From an uncultured Actinomycetes bacterium (GTDB taxonomy: Bacteria > Actinomycetota > Thermoleophilia > Gaiellales > JAICJC01), in the NCBI GenBank assembly GCA_963708365.1, contig CAVPSM010000011.1:67606-131605 (forward strand): a DNA stretch of 64,000 bases, in the 5' to 3' direction. Below the pieces are notes generated by a model. It worked only from the letters and a program-made list of their open reading frames with translations. It had not been told where the DNA came from and did no database searches. A program made the translations under genes and the position numbers. This document shows positions 1-8,684 of this stretch, piece after piece. Within the stretch, counting starts at the first letter, position 1. Each line of letters starts with the position of its first letter.

Positions 1-138
1 GTAGTCGTGCCCGGGATCCGACTCCGCGCGGCGCGGCCGGGTGGACTCGTCCCAGGCGGCGTCCGCGCTCAGCCGGGTTCCGTCGTCCGGCGTCGGCGTC
101 ACCCCGAGCCGTTCGTACTCCGAAGAGCGGTCCTGCAC
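1..138 (-). CDS. hypothetical protein, N-terminal fragment (gene continues beyond left edge)
   Basis: Reverse frame VQDRSSEYERLGVTPTPDDGTRLSADAAWDESTRPRRAESDPGHDY stays open to base 1. It has strong G/C third-position bias and a possible GTG start at 138. No recognisable family. Confidence 0.25.
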   Translation of the reverse strand, partial: MQDRSSEYERLGVTPTPDDGTRLSADAAWDESTRPRRAESDPGHDY

Positions 139-257
139 GTCTAGCGCACGCCCACCGGCTGCTCGACCGCGTGAGGGCGAGACTCCATGTGCTCGTGAGT
201 CTACGACCACGCCGGTCGCCCGCTTGAGGACGCCGAGTCGTGGGCATGGGGTGACCC

Positions 258-650
258 GTGGAGATCCACTCCCTGAACGTCGGGGCCGTCATCCCGGTTT
301 CGGACATGAACGCGTCGCGGGCGTTCTACGAGGGCACGCTCGGACTCGACGGCGAGCCCGCTCCCGGCGGCTACGTGCTGCGGGCCGGCGGCACCACACG
401 GCTGTTCCTCCTCGATGTCGCCGCATATGCCGGGCAGGCTGACTGGCCGCTGGCGTCGTTCCAGACGCAGAACATCGCCGCGACCGTCACCGACCTCGCC
501 GGGCGAGGCGTCCACCTCGAGATCATGGGCAAAGGCGACCCCTACCAGACCGACCAGCGCGGGATCGCCCACCTCGGCGACATGCTGATCGCGTGGTTCC
601 GCGACCCGGACGGGCAGGTCATCTCGGTGTTTCAGCTCGCGTCCGGCTGA
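258..650 (+). CDS. VOC / glyoxalase-bleomycin resistance family protein
   Basis: 130 aa ORF. N-terminal VIPVSDMNASRAFYEGTLGL and C-terminal AWFRDPDGQVISVFQ are typical beta-alpha-beta-beta-beta VOC modules. GTG start. Confidence 0.8.
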   Translation: MEIHSLNVGAVIPVSDMNASRAFYEGTLGLDGEPAPGGYVLRAGGTTRLFLLDVAAYAGQADWPLASFQTQNIAATVTDLAGRGVHLEIMGKGDPYQTDQRGIAHLGDMLIAWFRDPDGQVISVFQLASG

Positions 651-658
651 CGTCGGCG

Positions 659-1461
659 CTACCGGGTCAGCGCGACCGCCGCCTCGGGCGTGGCGACGTG
701 GAAGCTGAAGCTCTCCTCGAGGTACAGCCGCACGACGCTCGGCGTCGTGCGAGTCGTAGCCGATCGACAGGTCCTGGCCGGACTCGAAGATGAAGTCGCC
801 GCCGCGCAGGCTGAGGACGACCGCGCCGTTCACGCCCGGCGCCCAGACGATCGGGCCGTCGAGGATCTTGCGCAGGTGCTCGAGCAGCGGGTAGCCGCCG
901 TGCTCGGCCGTCTCGATCACCCGCCGGTACTGCTCGCGCCCGAGCGCCAGCCCGTAGGGGCCGGCGATCCCGCTCGCGAGCAGCCGCTCGACCGCGCGCC
1001 GCGACGCGCGCGCGGGTACTTGTCCGGGCCTCGCCGAGCGCGGCTGCTCGTGCGGCGAGGCCTCGGCGATGCCGGTGATCGCGCCGCCCCAGCCGTGGAA
1101 CACGGCGACGTTCTCGGCCACGGCGATCTGGTGCGCGGCGCGGTCGAGCGGCCCGAGATCGGCATCGTCGGCGCCGCGGTCGGCGTCGCGCAGCTCGGCG
1201 CGGGAGAGCTCGAAGTCGGCGCGGACCTCGACCAGCGGCAGCACGCGGCGCTGGAGGCCCGACGACGCCCGTCGCCCGGGGCCGCCGCGCAGCGCGCGTC
1301 GTGCGGCCGAGGTTGGTCGCCGAGTGCTCCCAGCCGTGCGGGCCGGAGAAGTCGACCAGCTTGCGGGCCGCGAGCGCCGGCGCGAGGCGCTCCCGCGCCT
1401 CGTCGTCGAGCAGCTCCAGCCCGCGTCGCTGATCGGCGCGCGCGCGAAGCAGGTGGTTCAT
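659..1461 (-). CDS. family 1 encapsulin shell protein (Linocin M18 / Cfp29-like), interrupted by at least 2 frameshifts in this sequence
   Basis: Three pieces in three frames are collinear with family 1 encapsulins. N-terminus MNHLLRARADQRRGLELLDDEARERLAPALAARKLVDFSGPHGWEHSATNLGR is in the frame of ORF 667..2112. Core IAGPYGLALGREQYRRVIETAEHGGYPLLEHLRKILDGPIVWAPGVNGAVVLSLRGGDFIFESGQDLSIGYDSHDAE is in ORF 201..1244. Tail VVRLYLEESFSFHVATPEAAVALTR ends at TAG 659-661 in the third frame. The ATG overlaps the dyp stop (ATGA). Confidence 0.85.
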
Positions 1462-2516
1462 CGCGAGGCTCCTTTCAGGCTGCCGATTCCGAGCGACCCG
1501 TCCGCCTCGGCGTCGCCGTCCGGCGTCGGTCGCCGCCGTGGCGCCGACGCGCGTCGCGCGGGCGGCGGGTCGTCGAGGAAGTCGGCGGTGGGCACGAAGA
1601 ACAGGTTGCCGGTGACCGCGGTCGAGAAGTCGAGGATCCGGTCGTAGTTGCCGGGCGGGTTGCCGATGAACATGTTCGTCAGCATCTGCTCGATCACGTC
1701 CGGGCTGCGCGGCGTAGCCGATGAAGTAGGTGCCGAACTCGCCCGCGCCGACCCGGCCGAACGGCATGTTGAAGCGCATGATCTGGCGCTCCTCGCCGTC
1801 GTCGTCGACGATCGTGTTCAGCGCGACGTGCGAGTTGGCGGGCTTGACGTCGTCGGCCAACTCGATGTCGCTCGAGCTTCGTGCGGCCGATCGCCAGCTC
1901 CTGCTCCTCGACCGGCAGCGCGTCCCAGGCGTCGAGGTCGTGGAGGTACTTCTGCACGATCGACATAGCTGCCGCCGGCGAACGTCGGGATCCTCGTCGC
2001 CGATCGTGACCGCCGCCGCGGCCGCGTCGCCCTCGGGGTTCTCGGTCCCGTCGACGAACCCGAGCAGGTCGCGCTCGTCGAAGGACCGGAACCCGTGCAC
2101 CTCGTCGACCACCTGCGCGGACCCGGCGAGCCGGCTCGCACAGGCGCTGCGCCAGCTCGAAGCAGAGGTCGAGGCGGTGGGCGCGGATGTGGAACAGCAG
2201 GTCGCCCGGCGTGGTCGCGGGCGCGGTGTGCCGCGCGCCGGCGAAGCCCGGCGAACGGGTGCAGCCCGGCCGGGCGGCGGCGCGCCGAACAGCCGATCCC
2301 AGAGCGCCGAGCCCGATGCCGACGACGCAGCGTCAGCTCGCCCTCGGGGATGCGGAAGCCGACCGAGCGCTTGAGGCCGCTGACGTCGGCGAGCAGCTCG
2401 CGGACGCCGTCCTCGCCGCCCGCGTCGACGGTCAGCACGAGGAAGATCGCCGCCTCGGTCAGCTGGCTGAGCATCGGTTGCGGTTCTGGAGCCATCCCCC
2501 CAAGCCTACGCATCAC
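1458..2516 (-). CDS. DyP-type peroxidase with C-terminal encapsulin cargo-loading peptide, interrupted by several frameshifts
   Basis: Pieces in different frames reconstruct a DyP peroxidase: MAPEPQPMLSQLTEAAIFLVLTVDAGGEDGVRELLADVSGLKRSVGFRIPEGELT; VDEVHGFRSFDERDLLGFVDGTENPEGDAAAAAVTIGDEDP; SIVQKYLHDLDAWDALPVEEQELAIGRTKL; SSDIELADDVKPANSHVALNTIVDDDGEERQIMRFNMPFGRVGAGEFGTYFIGYA; MIEQMLTNMFIGNPPGNYDRILDFSTAVTGNLFFVPTADFL. It lies directly upstream of the encapsulin, as in mycobacterial DyP-Cfp29 operons. Confidence 0.85.
1461..1502 (-). other. encapsulin cargo-loading (targeting) peptide at DyP C-terminus
   Basis: The last 14 codons read DGSLGIGSLKGASR. The SLGIGSLK core matches the conserved family 1 cargo-loading peptide consensus. 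It is preceded by a Pro/Ala/Arg-rich linker. Confidence 0.8.
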
Positions 2517-2733
2517 CGGCCCGGCGCGTGCGAGTGGGCGTCGCCCGAGATGGGCTCGTCTTCCGGTGGGCGGAGCAGTCCGGGTTCATCACCCCGATCC
2601 CGCTGAGCTTGAATTGGGCGACCAAGCCCCGTGTGGGTTTCGTCGGCGAGCTGAGCACCACTCGGCTTAGGGTCGCCGCTCGTGAGCCGGGTAGCGGGCG
2701 ATGATTCTGCAATGCACGCTCCTCATACGCCCA

Positions 2734-3078
2734 TTAAGCACGGGGCTGTAGTTGAAGATCCGGGCCGCTAAGCTCGCCCCTCGGGCGTCCAGTGCACCGG
2801 AGGCTCGCCGTTGCTGCAGTCAGGGCCGCCGCTGCAATCACCGGTGGGGGTGCCGCAAGCCGGGCCGCCGTGCAGGCGACCACGGCCAGGAGGACGACTG
2901 ACAGCCGACTGGCGACAGCTTGTCGGATGGGTGCGATTCGGCGCGGCTTCGTGCTACTAGACACTTTCCAGACTCCGACGACGCCGGCATTGAGAAAGGT
3001 CTCAGCCCGAACGCCCTCGGCAAGACAACTCGGTGGATCTCTATGCGCGCCCACGAGCATCGTGGCAGCGAGGCTCAT
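2734..3078 (-). CDS. hypothetical small membrane-anchored protein, translationally coupled to arsC
   Basis: The ATG (3076-3078) overlaps the arsC stop TGA (3075-3077) as ATGA. 114 aa with one hydrophobic stretch, LSVVLLAVVACTAARLAAPPPVIAAAALTAA. Codon bias is weaker than in neighbours and local GC is lower. Confidence 0.3.
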   Translation of the reverse strand: MSLAATMLVGAHRDPPSCLAEGVRAETFLNAGVVGVWKVSSSTKPRRIAPIRQAVASRLSVVLLAVVACTAARLAAPPPVIAAAALTAATASLRCTGRPRGELSGPDLQLQPRA

Positions 3079-3515
3079 GCATTCCAGGTCGAGCTTCTCG
3101 GGTCGCTGCCGGGATATGTCGATGCTGACCCGAGCTGGGCGGCGAGGGCGTCGACCCGCTCGCCGATCTGGTCGCGGATGCGGCGCACGTCGGCGAGCGG
3201 CCGGCCGGCGGGGTCGTCGAGCTCCCAGTCGATGTAGTGCTTGGCGGGGACGTACGGGCACTCATCGCCACAGCCCATGGTGATGACGATGTCCGCCCAC
3301 CCCATGTCGTCGGCGTCGAGCTTGTGCGGGCGCTTCCCAGCCAGGTCGACGCCGAGCTCGCCCATCACCTCGACGACCTCGGGGTGGACGTGCTCGGCGG
3401 GGCGGCTCCCCGCCGAACGAGCTTCATTGCCGCCCGTGGCGGCGCGGTCGAACAGGGCCTGGGCGATCTGAGAGCGACCGGCGTTCTGGATGCAGACAAA
3501 CAGGACGTGGCTCAT
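3075..3515 (-). CDS. arsC: arsenate reductase, LMW-PTPase (thioredoxin-coupled) type
   Basis: [22 protein letters not shown] carries the CX5R(S) P-loop. [11 protein letters not shown] carries the downstream Cys pair typical of ArsC of the low-molecular-weight phosphatase family. Confidence 0.85.
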   Translation of the reverse strand: MSHVLFVCIQNAGRSQIAQALFDRAATGGNEARSAGSRPAEHVHPEVVEVMGELGVDLAGKRPHKLDADDMGWADIVITMGCGDECPYVPAKHYIDWELDDPAGRPLADVRRIRDQIGERVDALAAQLGSASTYPGSDPRSSTWNA

Positions 3516-3769
3516 GCCGCCTCCCGCGCCGGTTCAACATCGGGCAGCTCCGCGGACACGTCAGCCACTTCGCCGCGGAGGAACTGGTAGGTGAGCGCCC
3601 CGACGGCGGCTCCGACGAGTGGCGCGGCCAGGTACACCCAGATTGCGGTGTAGGTGCTGGATGCGATCGCGGGGCCGAGGCTGCGGGCCGGGTTCATGCT
3701 GGCGCCGGTGATCGGCCCGCCGAACATCGCGTCCAGGCCGACGGTGGCGCCGATCACAGCCGCCCCCAA
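3512..3769 (-). pseudogene. MIP/aquaporin family channel, C-terminal third only (truncated remnant)
   Basis: The 85 aa ORF contains the second NPA box ([14 protein letters not shown]) and the last two helices. The roughly 150 N-terminal residues of a normal aquaglyceroporin are absent. Only about 220 bp remain before the next gene. The stop overlaps the arsC ATG (ATGA). Confidence 0.6.
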
Positions 3770-3891
3770 CGCAACGCCTTGTCGCGCGCATCGGCCAGCA
3801 CCGCCTCACGGCGACACACAGCGTCGCACACACTCCCACAGCCATCGCAGAAGTCGACCACCGACTCCCTATCCCTTCGCAACCTCAACAC
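3754..3891 (-). CDS. possible 45-aa Cys-rich mini-protein ([45 protein letters not shown])
   Basis: Below the ORF-track size cut-off. The GTG start is preceded by a strong TAGGAGG Shine-Dalgarno 6 nt upstream. It has four Cys as CxxCxxxCxxxC and overlaps the start of the MIP fragment by 16 nt. It could equally be a relic. Confidence 0.2.
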   Translation of the reverse strand: MLRLRRDRESVVDFCDGCGSVCDAVCRREAVLADARDKALRWGRL

Positions 3892-3993
3892 AATCTCGCC
3901 TCCTACGTCATATCGACTCCCGTCAATGTATCGAAGGAAGTCGATTCATGCAACCAGAGCGGGAGCCATGGGCGGATCCCAGGCGGTTGGATA

Positions 3994-5223
3994 GTGTCCA
4001 AGGCTTCAGCCGCCTTTCAGGGTGGCCGCGGGCGGGAAGGCGGCGTGATGCAGGCGTTCGGGATCGTGGTTGCGATCGTGGGAGGCGGCGTGCTCTGCGC
4101 GCTGGCGTTTCGGCGCGCAGCGGATCGCGTTCGCGTGCCGTCGCCGGTCGTATTCCTGGTCGTTGCGGCGGTGGCGTCGGATCTCATCGACCCGCTGCGC
4201 TCGGCGCTTTCGCCGCATGAAGTTGGGTGGATCGGCTCGGCGGCGCTGCTCGTGATCCTCTTCGACGGCGGCGTGTCGCTGGGCTGGCATCGTGTCCGCC
4301 CGGTTGTGGGGGTGGTGGCGGCGTTGGGAGTGCTCGCGACCGGCGTGGCGGCGGGGGTGATGGCACTTGCGGCGCACTGGATCGTCGGCCTGAGCTGGAC
4401 GGCGTCGGCGGTGTTGGGGGTGGCGCTGGCCCCGACCGACCCCGCGGTGGTGTTCTCGGTCGTGGGGGAGGGAGCCGTGGCCGAGCGGCCGAAGACGATC
4501 CTGGAGGCCGAGTCGGGCGCGAACGATCCGATCGCGATCGCGCTGATGGTCGGGGTGATCGCCGTCGGCACGGGCAGCGGTGCCTGGCTGCCGACGGTGA
4601 GTGAGACGCTCCTTCGCCAGCTCGCGATCGGCCTGGTCGTCGGCGTCGTCGGAGCGTGGCTCACCCGCTCGCCGCTGCGGCATCTGACGGAGCCACGCGA
4701 GACGCTCCAGCCGATCGTCGCACTCGCTGCCGCCGGCCTGATCTTCGGCGTGGCCGCGGCCGCACACGGATCCGGGTTCCTGGCTGTCTTCGTCGCCGGG
4801 CTGCTCTTGGGCGACGCGGATGCGCCGATCGGCGAGGATGTCCGCGCCTTCCACTCGGAGCTGGCGGGGCTCGCGGAGGTGGTCGTGTTCGTCGCCCTTG
4901 GGCTCACCGTGCACCTGTCTGCGCTGGGCGTCCGCGCCGTTGTCGACGGGCTGGCGCTGACGCTCGTCCTGCTCACCGTCGCTCGCCTGCCCGCGGTTGT
5001 CGCGCTCTTGGCGACGTTTCGGCTTCCTGCTCGCGAGCGCGTTTTCGTCGCCTGGGCAGGAATGCGTGGCGCTGTTCCGATCCTGCTCGCCTCGTTGGCG
5101 CTCACCGCCGGGATCGCCGACGCACGTCGCGTCTACGGGCTCGTCTTCATCGTCGTTGCCGTCTCCGTCCTCATCCAGGGGGGCTCGCTCACCTGGGCCG
5201 CCGCGCGATTGCGCGTTCGGTAG
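3994..5223 (+). CDS. cation:proton antiporter, CPA1 / NhaP-type Na+/H+ exchanger
   Basis: 409 aa polytopic protein with LAPTDPAVVFSV and ESGANDPIAIALM motifs characteristic of NhaP/CPA1. The true start may be the internal M at about 4048. Confidence 0.8.
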   Translation: MSKASAAFQGGRGREGGVMQAFGIVVAIVGGGVLCALAFRRAADRVRVPSPVVFLVVAAVASDLIDPLRSALSPHEVGWIGSAALLVILFDGGVSLGWHRVRPVVGVVAALGVLATGVAAGVMALAAHWIVGLSWTASAVLGVALAPTDPAVVFSVVGEGAVAERPKTILEAESGANDPIAIALMVGVIAVGTGSGAWLPTVSETLLRQLAIGLVVGVVGAWLTRSPLRHLTEPRETLQPIVALAAAGLIFGVAAAAHGSGFLAVFVAGLLLGDADAPIGEDVRAFHSELAGLAEVVVFVALGLTVHLSALGVRAVVDGLALTLVLLTVARLPAVVALLATFRLPARERVFVAWAGMRGAVPILLASLALTAGIADARRVYGLVFIVVAVSVLIQGGSLTWAAARLRVR

Positions 5224-6052
5224 GGCGGCGGTCTCCGAGGGCTCCGCCCGCAGCTGCGGCCGACGCCGAGCGCGGGTGGGTGCGGACGTGGGTGCGGCGC
5301 TGAAAGACGACGAGCGCGATGGCGAGAAACGCCGCTGCCCAGATCAGGCCGAGCGCGAGTTCGGCCCATTGGGTGCCGCCGCCGAAGGCGACGCCGGACG
5401 AGAACTGCGTCGGGCCGAAGGAAGGGAAGTATTCGAGCACCGGCCGGTTCGCGACCGGGTTGCCGACGGGATTCTGAAGGAACGTGTCGATCAGGCCGCC
5501 CATGACGATCAGGAAGAACCCCTCCAGATCGCCCTTGACGAGCACTCCGAGCAGCATGCCGAGCGCGCCGTACTCGGCGGCCATCACCGCGAAGCTCACC
5601 AGCACGGCGATCCAGCCCGCGGGCGTCGGGCGCCAGAAGGCCAAGAGCACAATCGCCGCGTAGAGCGCAACGCCGGCGGCGACCATAGCCATCCCGCCGG
5701 CTTTCGCGGCGACGAGGATCGTCTGCCGGTAGCCGGCGAAGACGAGTCGGCGGTCGAGCGGTAGCGCGCGGCGCACCGCGACGAAGACGGCGAAACCGAC
5801 GATCAGCGTCAGCGAGTTCATCCCCGCCGTGATCAGGGAGAGCTCGCGACCGTCGGCGCGCAGGACGGTGCTACTTGAGAAGAGTTTGAGGTGCAACGGT
5901 TTGTGGCTGACGAGCAGCGCCATGAACAGGTACCAGGCCGGGATAAACAGCCCAAGCAGCATCCACGCCAGGCGATTTCGGGCCTGGTTCCGCAGCTCGA
6001 ACGTAAGCGCGGTCGGGAACTGACGCGCGACCGGCTCAGGTCGAGCGGTCAT
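5189..6052 (-). CDS. ABC-2 type exporter permease
   Basis: 287 aa with about 6 predicted TM helices. It lies directly downstream of an ABC ATPase with a 4-nt overlap (6049-6052). Confidence 0.7.
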   Translation of the reverse strand: MTARPEPVARQFPTALTFELRNQARNRLAWMLLGLFIPAWYLFMALLVSHKPLHLKLFSSSTVLRADGRELSLITAGMNSLTLIVGFAVFVAVRRALPLDRRLVFAGYRQTILVAAKAGGMAMVAAGVALYAAIVLLAFWRPTPAGWIAVLVSFAVMAAEYGALGMLLGVLVKGDLEGFFLIVMGGLIDTFLQNPVGNPVANRPVLEYFPSFGPTQFSSGVAFGGGTQWAELALGLIWAAAFLAIALVVFQRRTHVRTHPRSASAAAAGGALGDRRPTERAIARRPR

Positions 6053-6786
6053 CGTCGCCCAGCCTCCGCGGAGTTGAGGCCCACCCGCGGGCGCGATTGG
6101 CCGCCTTTGAGCTCGACCAGCTGGTCGAAACGCTCCTCCTCGAAGACGAGATGGGTGATCACCACGACCGCCCTTCCCGTGTGCCGCAGATCGTCGACGA
6201 GCTCCCAGAAGCGCTGGTAGGTCTCCCAGTCGAAGCCCTGGTAGGGCTCATCCAGGAGCAGCACGTCGGGATCGTGCATCAACGCCAGTGTCAGGTTCAG
6301 CTTCTGCCGCGTCCCGCCCGAGAGCTCGTCGACCACCGAATCCCGATAGGCTGGAAAACCGAGCGTCTGGAGCAGCTCGTCGGCTCTGCGGAAGCTCGTC
6401 AAGGCGTGCGCGGCGGCGAAGTACCGCAGGTGCTGGGCGACCGTCAGGGCGCCGTTCAGAACCGGCTGCTGAGGGCAGTATCCGATCGTGCCTCGCAGCG
6501 AGACCGTGCCGGTGTCGGGGGCGAGAGTTCCCGCCAGGATCTGGAGGAGGGTCGACTTGCCGGCCCCGTTCTCGCCGACGACGGCGACGAGCGACCCGGC
6601 CTCGACGGTCAGGTCGACACCACGCAGGACGACGTGTTTGCCGTATGCCTTATGCACGCCATGCGCGGTCAGCACCGCGTTCGCACCGGGGCATTCGTCG
6701 TCGTGATCCACCGGGACGGACCGACGCGGGTGTTTCAAGGAAAGTCGCATCCGGTCGCGCGCCTCCTCGCTGTCTGACCCTAGCAT
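6049..6786 (-). CDS. ABC transporter ATP-binding protein (ABC-2 exporter subfamily)
   Basis: Walker A GENGAGKSTLLQILAG, signature LSGGTRQKLNL, Walker B LLLDEP, H-loop VVITHL. The true start may be an internal Met. Confidence 0.85.
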   Translation of the reverse strand: MLGSDSEEARDRMRLSLKHPRRSVPVDHDDECPGANAVLTAHGVHKAYGKHVVLRGVDLTVEAGSLVAVVGENGAGKSTLLQILAGTLAPDTGTVSLRGTIGYCPQQPVLNGALTVAQHLRYFAAAHALTSFRRADELLQTLGFPAYRDSVVDELSGGTRQKLNLTLALMHDPDVLLLDEPYQGFDWETYQRFWELVDDLRHTGRAVVVITHLVFEEERFDQLVELKGGQSRPRVGLNSAEAGRR

Positions 6787-6800
6787 ACCGACCAGTCGGT
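6787..6800. promoter_or_regulatory. palindromic operator candidate ACCGACCAGTCGGT (nested in CTAGCAT...ATGCTAG) upstream of the ABC-2 exporter operon
   Basis: Perfect inverted repeat ACCGAC-CA-GTCGGT abutting the first ATG of the ATPase gene. The same half-sites recur at 8046-8060 in front of the TetR gene. Confidence 0.5.
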
Positions 6801-6874
6801 TTTGATGCTAGCATTCATCGACGCGAGCACGCAACCACTACGAGATTCAGCAGCACGAGCGGGCTCAGCACACC

Positions 6875-7192
6875 ATGACGAGGCATGCGAAGAAGTCACA
6901 ACGGCGATGGGCAGTCGAGTTCGACCACGACAGCGACCTTGACTGGCTGTCTCGCTACGCAGTGATCCAGTCCCATCGAGGCCGCTCGCTGCACGAGATC
7001 CTCACCGACCCGGCCGTGGTCGAACGCTGTACGGCGAGCACGCGCCGCCGCCTGCTCGATCAACCCGAGGTCATTCAAGCCATCTCAAGCGACACGCTGG
7101 CACGGCTGCACCGGATCGTCGACCAGTCCCCGCGCGAGCGATCCCACGAGCCGATCGCCATGATCCACGTGCGACGCCCGGCCGGCCGCTAG
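6875..7192 (+). CDS. hypothetical protein
   Basis: 105 aa ORF with moderate codon bias. Its stop directly abuts the ATG of the CtaG-like gene. Local GC is lower at its 5' end. No recognisable motif. Confidence 0.4.
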   Translation: MTRHAKKSQRRWAVEFDHDSDLDWLSRYAVIQSHRGRSLHEILTDPAVVERCTASTRRRLLDQPEVIQAISSDTLARLHRIVDQSPRERSHEPIAMIHVRRPAGR

Positions 7193-8065
7193 ATGCACGA
7201 GCACTCCGTCGCCCTTTCCTCGTTCGCGTCGCAATGGTCGGCCGACCCCGGCCCGCTGATCGCCGCTGCGATCGCGGTCGCGCTGTTCACCCAAGGCTTC
7301 ATCCGCCTGCGCCGGCGCGGCCGGCGCGACCACGCCTCGTGGGATCGACCTCTCCTGTTCGGGCTCGGCGTGGCCGTCTCCGTGGTTCCGCTCGTGTCCC
7401 CGATCGATCCGCTCAGCGACGACTACCTGCTCTCTGTGCATATGCTGGAGCATGTGCTGCTGGGCGACGCCGGGCCGGCACTCATGGTCTGCGCCGTCCG
7501 CGGCCCGTTGCTCGTGTTCCTGCTGCCAGGCTTCCTGCTTCGCCCGCTCGCCCACTCAGCGAGTGTCCGAGACGTCCTTGGCTTCCTCGTGCGTCCGCGC
7601 GTCAGCCTGATGGCATGGGTGCTGGTGATGGCGAGCTGGCACGTACCGGCCGTCTACGACTATGCGGCATCGCATCAGCTCGTCCACGACCTGGAGCACC
7701 TGTCCTTCGCCGTCGTCGGCGTGCTGGTGTGGACGCAGCTGATCGACCCTGCCCGCCACGGCCGTCTGAGGGTTCCGCAGCGGCTCCTCTACGCGCTCGC
7801 CCTGTTCGTCTTCGGACAGGTGCTCGCCGATGTCCTGATCCTGACGTTCACGCCGCTTTACGCGCACTACGCCGACCAGTCCGCCCGCGTCGGCGGCATC
7901 TCACCGCTCACCGACCAGCGCCTGGCCGGCTTCGTGATGATGACCGAACAGGCGATCACGCTGGGCGCGTTCGCGTTCCTGATCTACAACCGAGGTCGTA
8001 CTTCGGCTGGTCTTCCTCAGGGACGCAGCGAAACTCTCAGTGAAAACCGACCGGTCGGGTTATAA
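7193..8065 (+). CDS. cytochrome c oxidase assembly factor CtaG-like membrane protein (COG3336 type)
   Basis: 290 aa polytopic protein. PLVSPIDPLSDDYLLSVHMLEHVLLGDAGPALMV and WHVPAVYDYA resemble the conserved caa3-type CtaG segments. Confidence 0.65.
   Translation: MHEHSVALSSFASQWSADPGPLIAAAIAVALFTQGFIRLRRRGRRDHASWDRPLLFGLGVAVSVVPLVSPIDPLSDDYLLSVHMLEHVLLGDAGPALMVCAVRGPLLVFLLPGFLLRPLAHSASVRDVLGFLVRPRVSLMAWVLVMASWHVPAVYDYAASHQLVHDLEHLSFAVVGVLVWTQLIDPARHGRLRVPQRLLYALALFVFGQVLADVLILTFTPLYAHYADQSARVGGISPLTDQRLAGFVMMTEQAITLGAFAFLIYNRGRTSAGLPQGRSETLSENRPVGL
8046..8060. promoter_or_regulatory. palindromic operator candidate ACCGACCGGTCGGGT immediately upstream of the TetR -10 box
   Basis: Core CCGACCGGTCGG (8047-8058) is a perfect palindrome. 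It shares ACCGAC/GTCGG half-sites with 6787-6800. Confidence 0.5.
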
Positions 8066-8066
8066 T
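8061..8066 (+). promoter_or_regulatory. -10 box TATAAT for a probably leaderless tetR transcript
   Basis: Consensus TATAAT lies 6 nt before the ATG at 8073, with no room for a Shine-Dalgarno. Leaderless mRNAs are common in Actinobacteria. Confidence 0.45.
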
Positions 8067-8072
8067 GGGAAG

Positions 8073-8684
8073 ATGCCACGGATCAGCGAACAAGACCGCG
8101 CCGTTCGCCGCCAGCGGATCGTCGATGCCGCGTGGAGACGACTCGCGACGAACGGCTACCACGATACGACCGTCGACAACGTGTGCGAAGAGGCGGGTGT
8201 CAGCAAGGGCGCCTTCTACGGCTATTTCGACACCAAGCAGGATCTCTTCCTTGCCCTGCTCGATGAGGAGACCGAGGCGCTCAACGGTGTCGCCGGCGAG
8301 CTGGCCGAACAGGAGCTCTCCGGGGCGGAGCGCGTGCGCCGGTTCGTCCAGGCGATGCTGGAGGTCGGAGACGATCCCGGCCGCGTGCAGCTGCGTGCCG
8401 ACCTGTGGTCGGAGCTGGCCGCCGACCCGATCGTCCGCACCCGCTTCGCCGAGACGGTCGAACGGAGGCGGGAGGTCTTGCGGGAATGGATCATCCGCAG
8501 CATCGACGCCGGTGATCTCGGCATCGAGCAGCGCCGCGCGAACGCGCTCGCGTCGATCCTGATCGCGATGGCAGACGGGCTGATGCTCCACCGCGCCCTT
8601 GACCCACGCGGCTTTCGCTGGTCGAACATCCGAGCCGTGCTCGACGCACTGATCGCCGGGATCGACCGCTCACCCTCGGCATGA
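8073..8684 (+). CDS. TetR/AcrR family transcriptional regulator
   Basis: The N-terminal HTH RIVDAAWRRLATNGYHDTTVDNVCEEAGVSKGAFYGYFDTKQDLF is a canonical TetR_N domain. The stop overlaps the ClC ATG (ATGA at 8681-8684). Confidence 0.85.
   Translation: MPRISEQDRAVRRQRIVDAAWRRLATNGYHDTTVDNVCEEAGVSKGAFYGYFDTKQDLFLALLDEETEALNGVAGELAEQELSGAERVRRFVQAMLEVGDDPGRVQLRADLWSELAADPIVRTRFAETVERRREVLREWIIRSIDAGDLGIEQRRANALASILIAMADGLMLHRALDPRGFRWSNIRAVLDALIAGIDRSPSA

Noticed and set aside
41-442. 133-aa forward ORF at the left edge and similar Arg/Pro/Ser-rich ORFs throughout the track (e.g. 8749..10536 N-part, 14812..15999, 38224..40155)
   Set aside because: The composition is dominated by Arg, Pro, Ala and Gly. 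They have no motifs and overlap better-supported genes in another frame or on the other strand. These are typical spurious ORFs of high-GC DNA.
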